Assembly (NCBI GenBank): GCA_965113315.1
Contig: OZ220372.1
Strand: one strand, 5' to 3'
From: Podarcis vaucheri
Taxonomy: Eukaryota
Length of the DNA stretch: 64,000 nt
Position numbers and translations under genes: made by a program. Each line of letters begins with the position of its first letter. Positions within the stretch are counted from its first letter, which is position 1. The notes under the pieces were generated by a model. The model did not search any database. It worked only from the letters and a program-made list of their open reading frames with translations, and was not told the origin of the DNA. Shown in pieces: positions 62,594 through 64,000 of the stretch.

Positions 62594-62976
62594 TGTCAGG
62601 GGTGCGTGCAGGAGCCAGGCCCTGTGACCAGTAGGGCTTCGCAGGACTGGGGCCTTCCTAAGTTTGTTCTGAAGAGGCAAGGCATGGCTGCACAGGTGAG
62701 GCCGTTTGGTAACTCACAGCACCTGGGGGCAAGAGCCGGGAAGGAATATAAGGTCAGCATTTCCCTTCGGCTCTTTGCCACAGCAACTTGTTTTCTGCCT
62801 TGCTGCATTTGGCTTCTTGCTTTCTGATCCTTGGACCTCGGCTTCTTGACTCCCTGCTTCCTGACCCTCGGACCCCTGGCTTCTGGACTCTCGTTCCTGC
62901 TCCCACCCCGCCACCTTGCCCCTGGTCCCAACGTCCTCAGCCGGGACTTCGATCGTCCGTAGACTGGACTGTGACA
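62594..62976 (+). mobile_element. Solo LTR candidate (Gypsy-like)
   Basis: TGTCA...TGACA termini, GAGG/GGGG near-TSD, and GAATATAAG near 62745. Confidence 0.6.
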
Positions 62977-63269
62977 GGGGAAGAGACTGCTGCCACTAGG
63001 CCCAGCCCTGTGTAAATTGCCACGTCTGAGGGACAAGCAGAGGTCAGGGCTGCCCTAGGAGGGAAGGAAGGGGGAGCAGAGTGGAGCGCAAGGAGTCTTG
63101 ATTTTTTTTTAAATTAAAAAAGCATGATTTGTGCGTCTCTGTCTAATTTTGCTCCTTTCTAAAATTCATCATGTGTTCTTTTTGTAAATCTACCAAGAAA
63201 TAATATTAAATTAGGATTAAGGGATTTTTCTCAGGACGGTGGAGGGTGTCTGTGCTGTGTTTCATTGGT

Positions 63270-63643
63270 AGGGACACGGGTGGCGCTGTGGTCTAAACCA
63301 CTGAGCCTCTTGGGCTTGCTGATCAGAAGGTCGGTGGTTCGAATCCTCACGACGGGGTGAGCTCCCGTTGTTCTGTCCCAGCTCCTGCCAACCTAGCAGT
63401 TCGAAAGCACGCCAGTGCAAGTAGACAGGTGGGGAGGTAAACAGGTGGGGAGGTAAAGGTGGGGAGGTAAACGGTGTTTCCGTGCGCTCTGGTTTTTGTC
63501 ACAGTGTCCCGTTGCTCCAGAAGCAGTTTAGTCATGCTGGCCACATGACCCGGAAAGCTATCTGTGGATAAACACCAGCTCCCTCGGCCTGAAAGCAAGA
63601 TGAGCGCCGCAACCCCATAGTCGCCTTCGACTGGACTTAACTG
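63270..63643 (+). mobile_element. Sauria SINE with an internal tandem AGGTGGGGAGGTAAA(C) x3
   Basis: AGGGACACGGGTGGCGCTGTGGTCTAAACC...GGTTCGAATCC. The repeat lies at 63427-63472. Confidence 0.9.
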
Positions 63644-64000
63644 TCCTGTCTCATTGGTGAAGGGTAGTGACACTTGCACTTCTTCTGATAGAAAATGATC
63701 TGCGGAGGAGAGGGGCAAAAACGGGGAGGGTTCAGAAAGGTCAGTTATGGGGGACTGAGAAATGTCCCTATTTTCATCTGAGGAATGTTGGAAAGTATGC
63801 AAAGGGACACAGCTTTCTGCCTCTCCCAGCACACCTTGCTCATCCTTCATTTTTTCCTGCAACTCCCCAAAACCGAATCTCACACCCCACAAATCAGCTC
63901 CACTTCCCAGTGGGAAGGAGTTGCGGTGGACCGCGTGGCCACCCACTCCCCGTTGCCCGGGGGATCCCGGCCACGTCAGAGCCCAGCCAGCCAATCCGCT

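Noticed and set aside
63347-63994. 215-aa minus-strand ORF
   Set aside because: It reads through a Sauria SINE and another repeat, with no splice or homology support.
1-64000. CRISPR arrays, tRNA/rRNA genes or prokaryotic systems
   Set aside because: The DNA is clearly eukaryotic. The A/B-box motifs belong to SINE heads, and no repeat-spacer arrays are present.

Overview
Vertebrate genomic DNA from a squamate reptile. The repeat content (Sauria SINEs, L2/CR1/L1 fragments, a Penelope-like element, hAT and Tc1/pogo MITEs) points to a lizard, probably a lacertid; that last step is inference. Two convergently transcribed actin-regulator genes fill the window. WASL (N-WASP, + strand) has coding exons 2-11 at 9383-26339 and a 3' UTR to about 29190; its exon 1 lies upstream of the window. 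LMOD2 (leiomodin-2, - strand) is complete, with three coding exons at 58433-43583 encoding 581 aa. The rest is intronic or intergenic DNA dense in transposable elements, with two N gaps. The most notable observations are: (1) a candidate alternative first or cassette exon in WASL intron 5 that splices in frame to exon 6 and would give an N-WASP lacking WH1; (2) a Penelope-like element carrying two minimal hammerhead ribozyme motifs in inverted arms; (3) a full-length 1.7-kb non-coding L1-mobilised retroelement with a 19-bp TSD; (4) a composite hAT element that appears to have captured host DNA; (5) a 72-nt tandem duplication of the Ser-Pro cluster in LMOD2. Human comparisons are from memory, and no searches were run.
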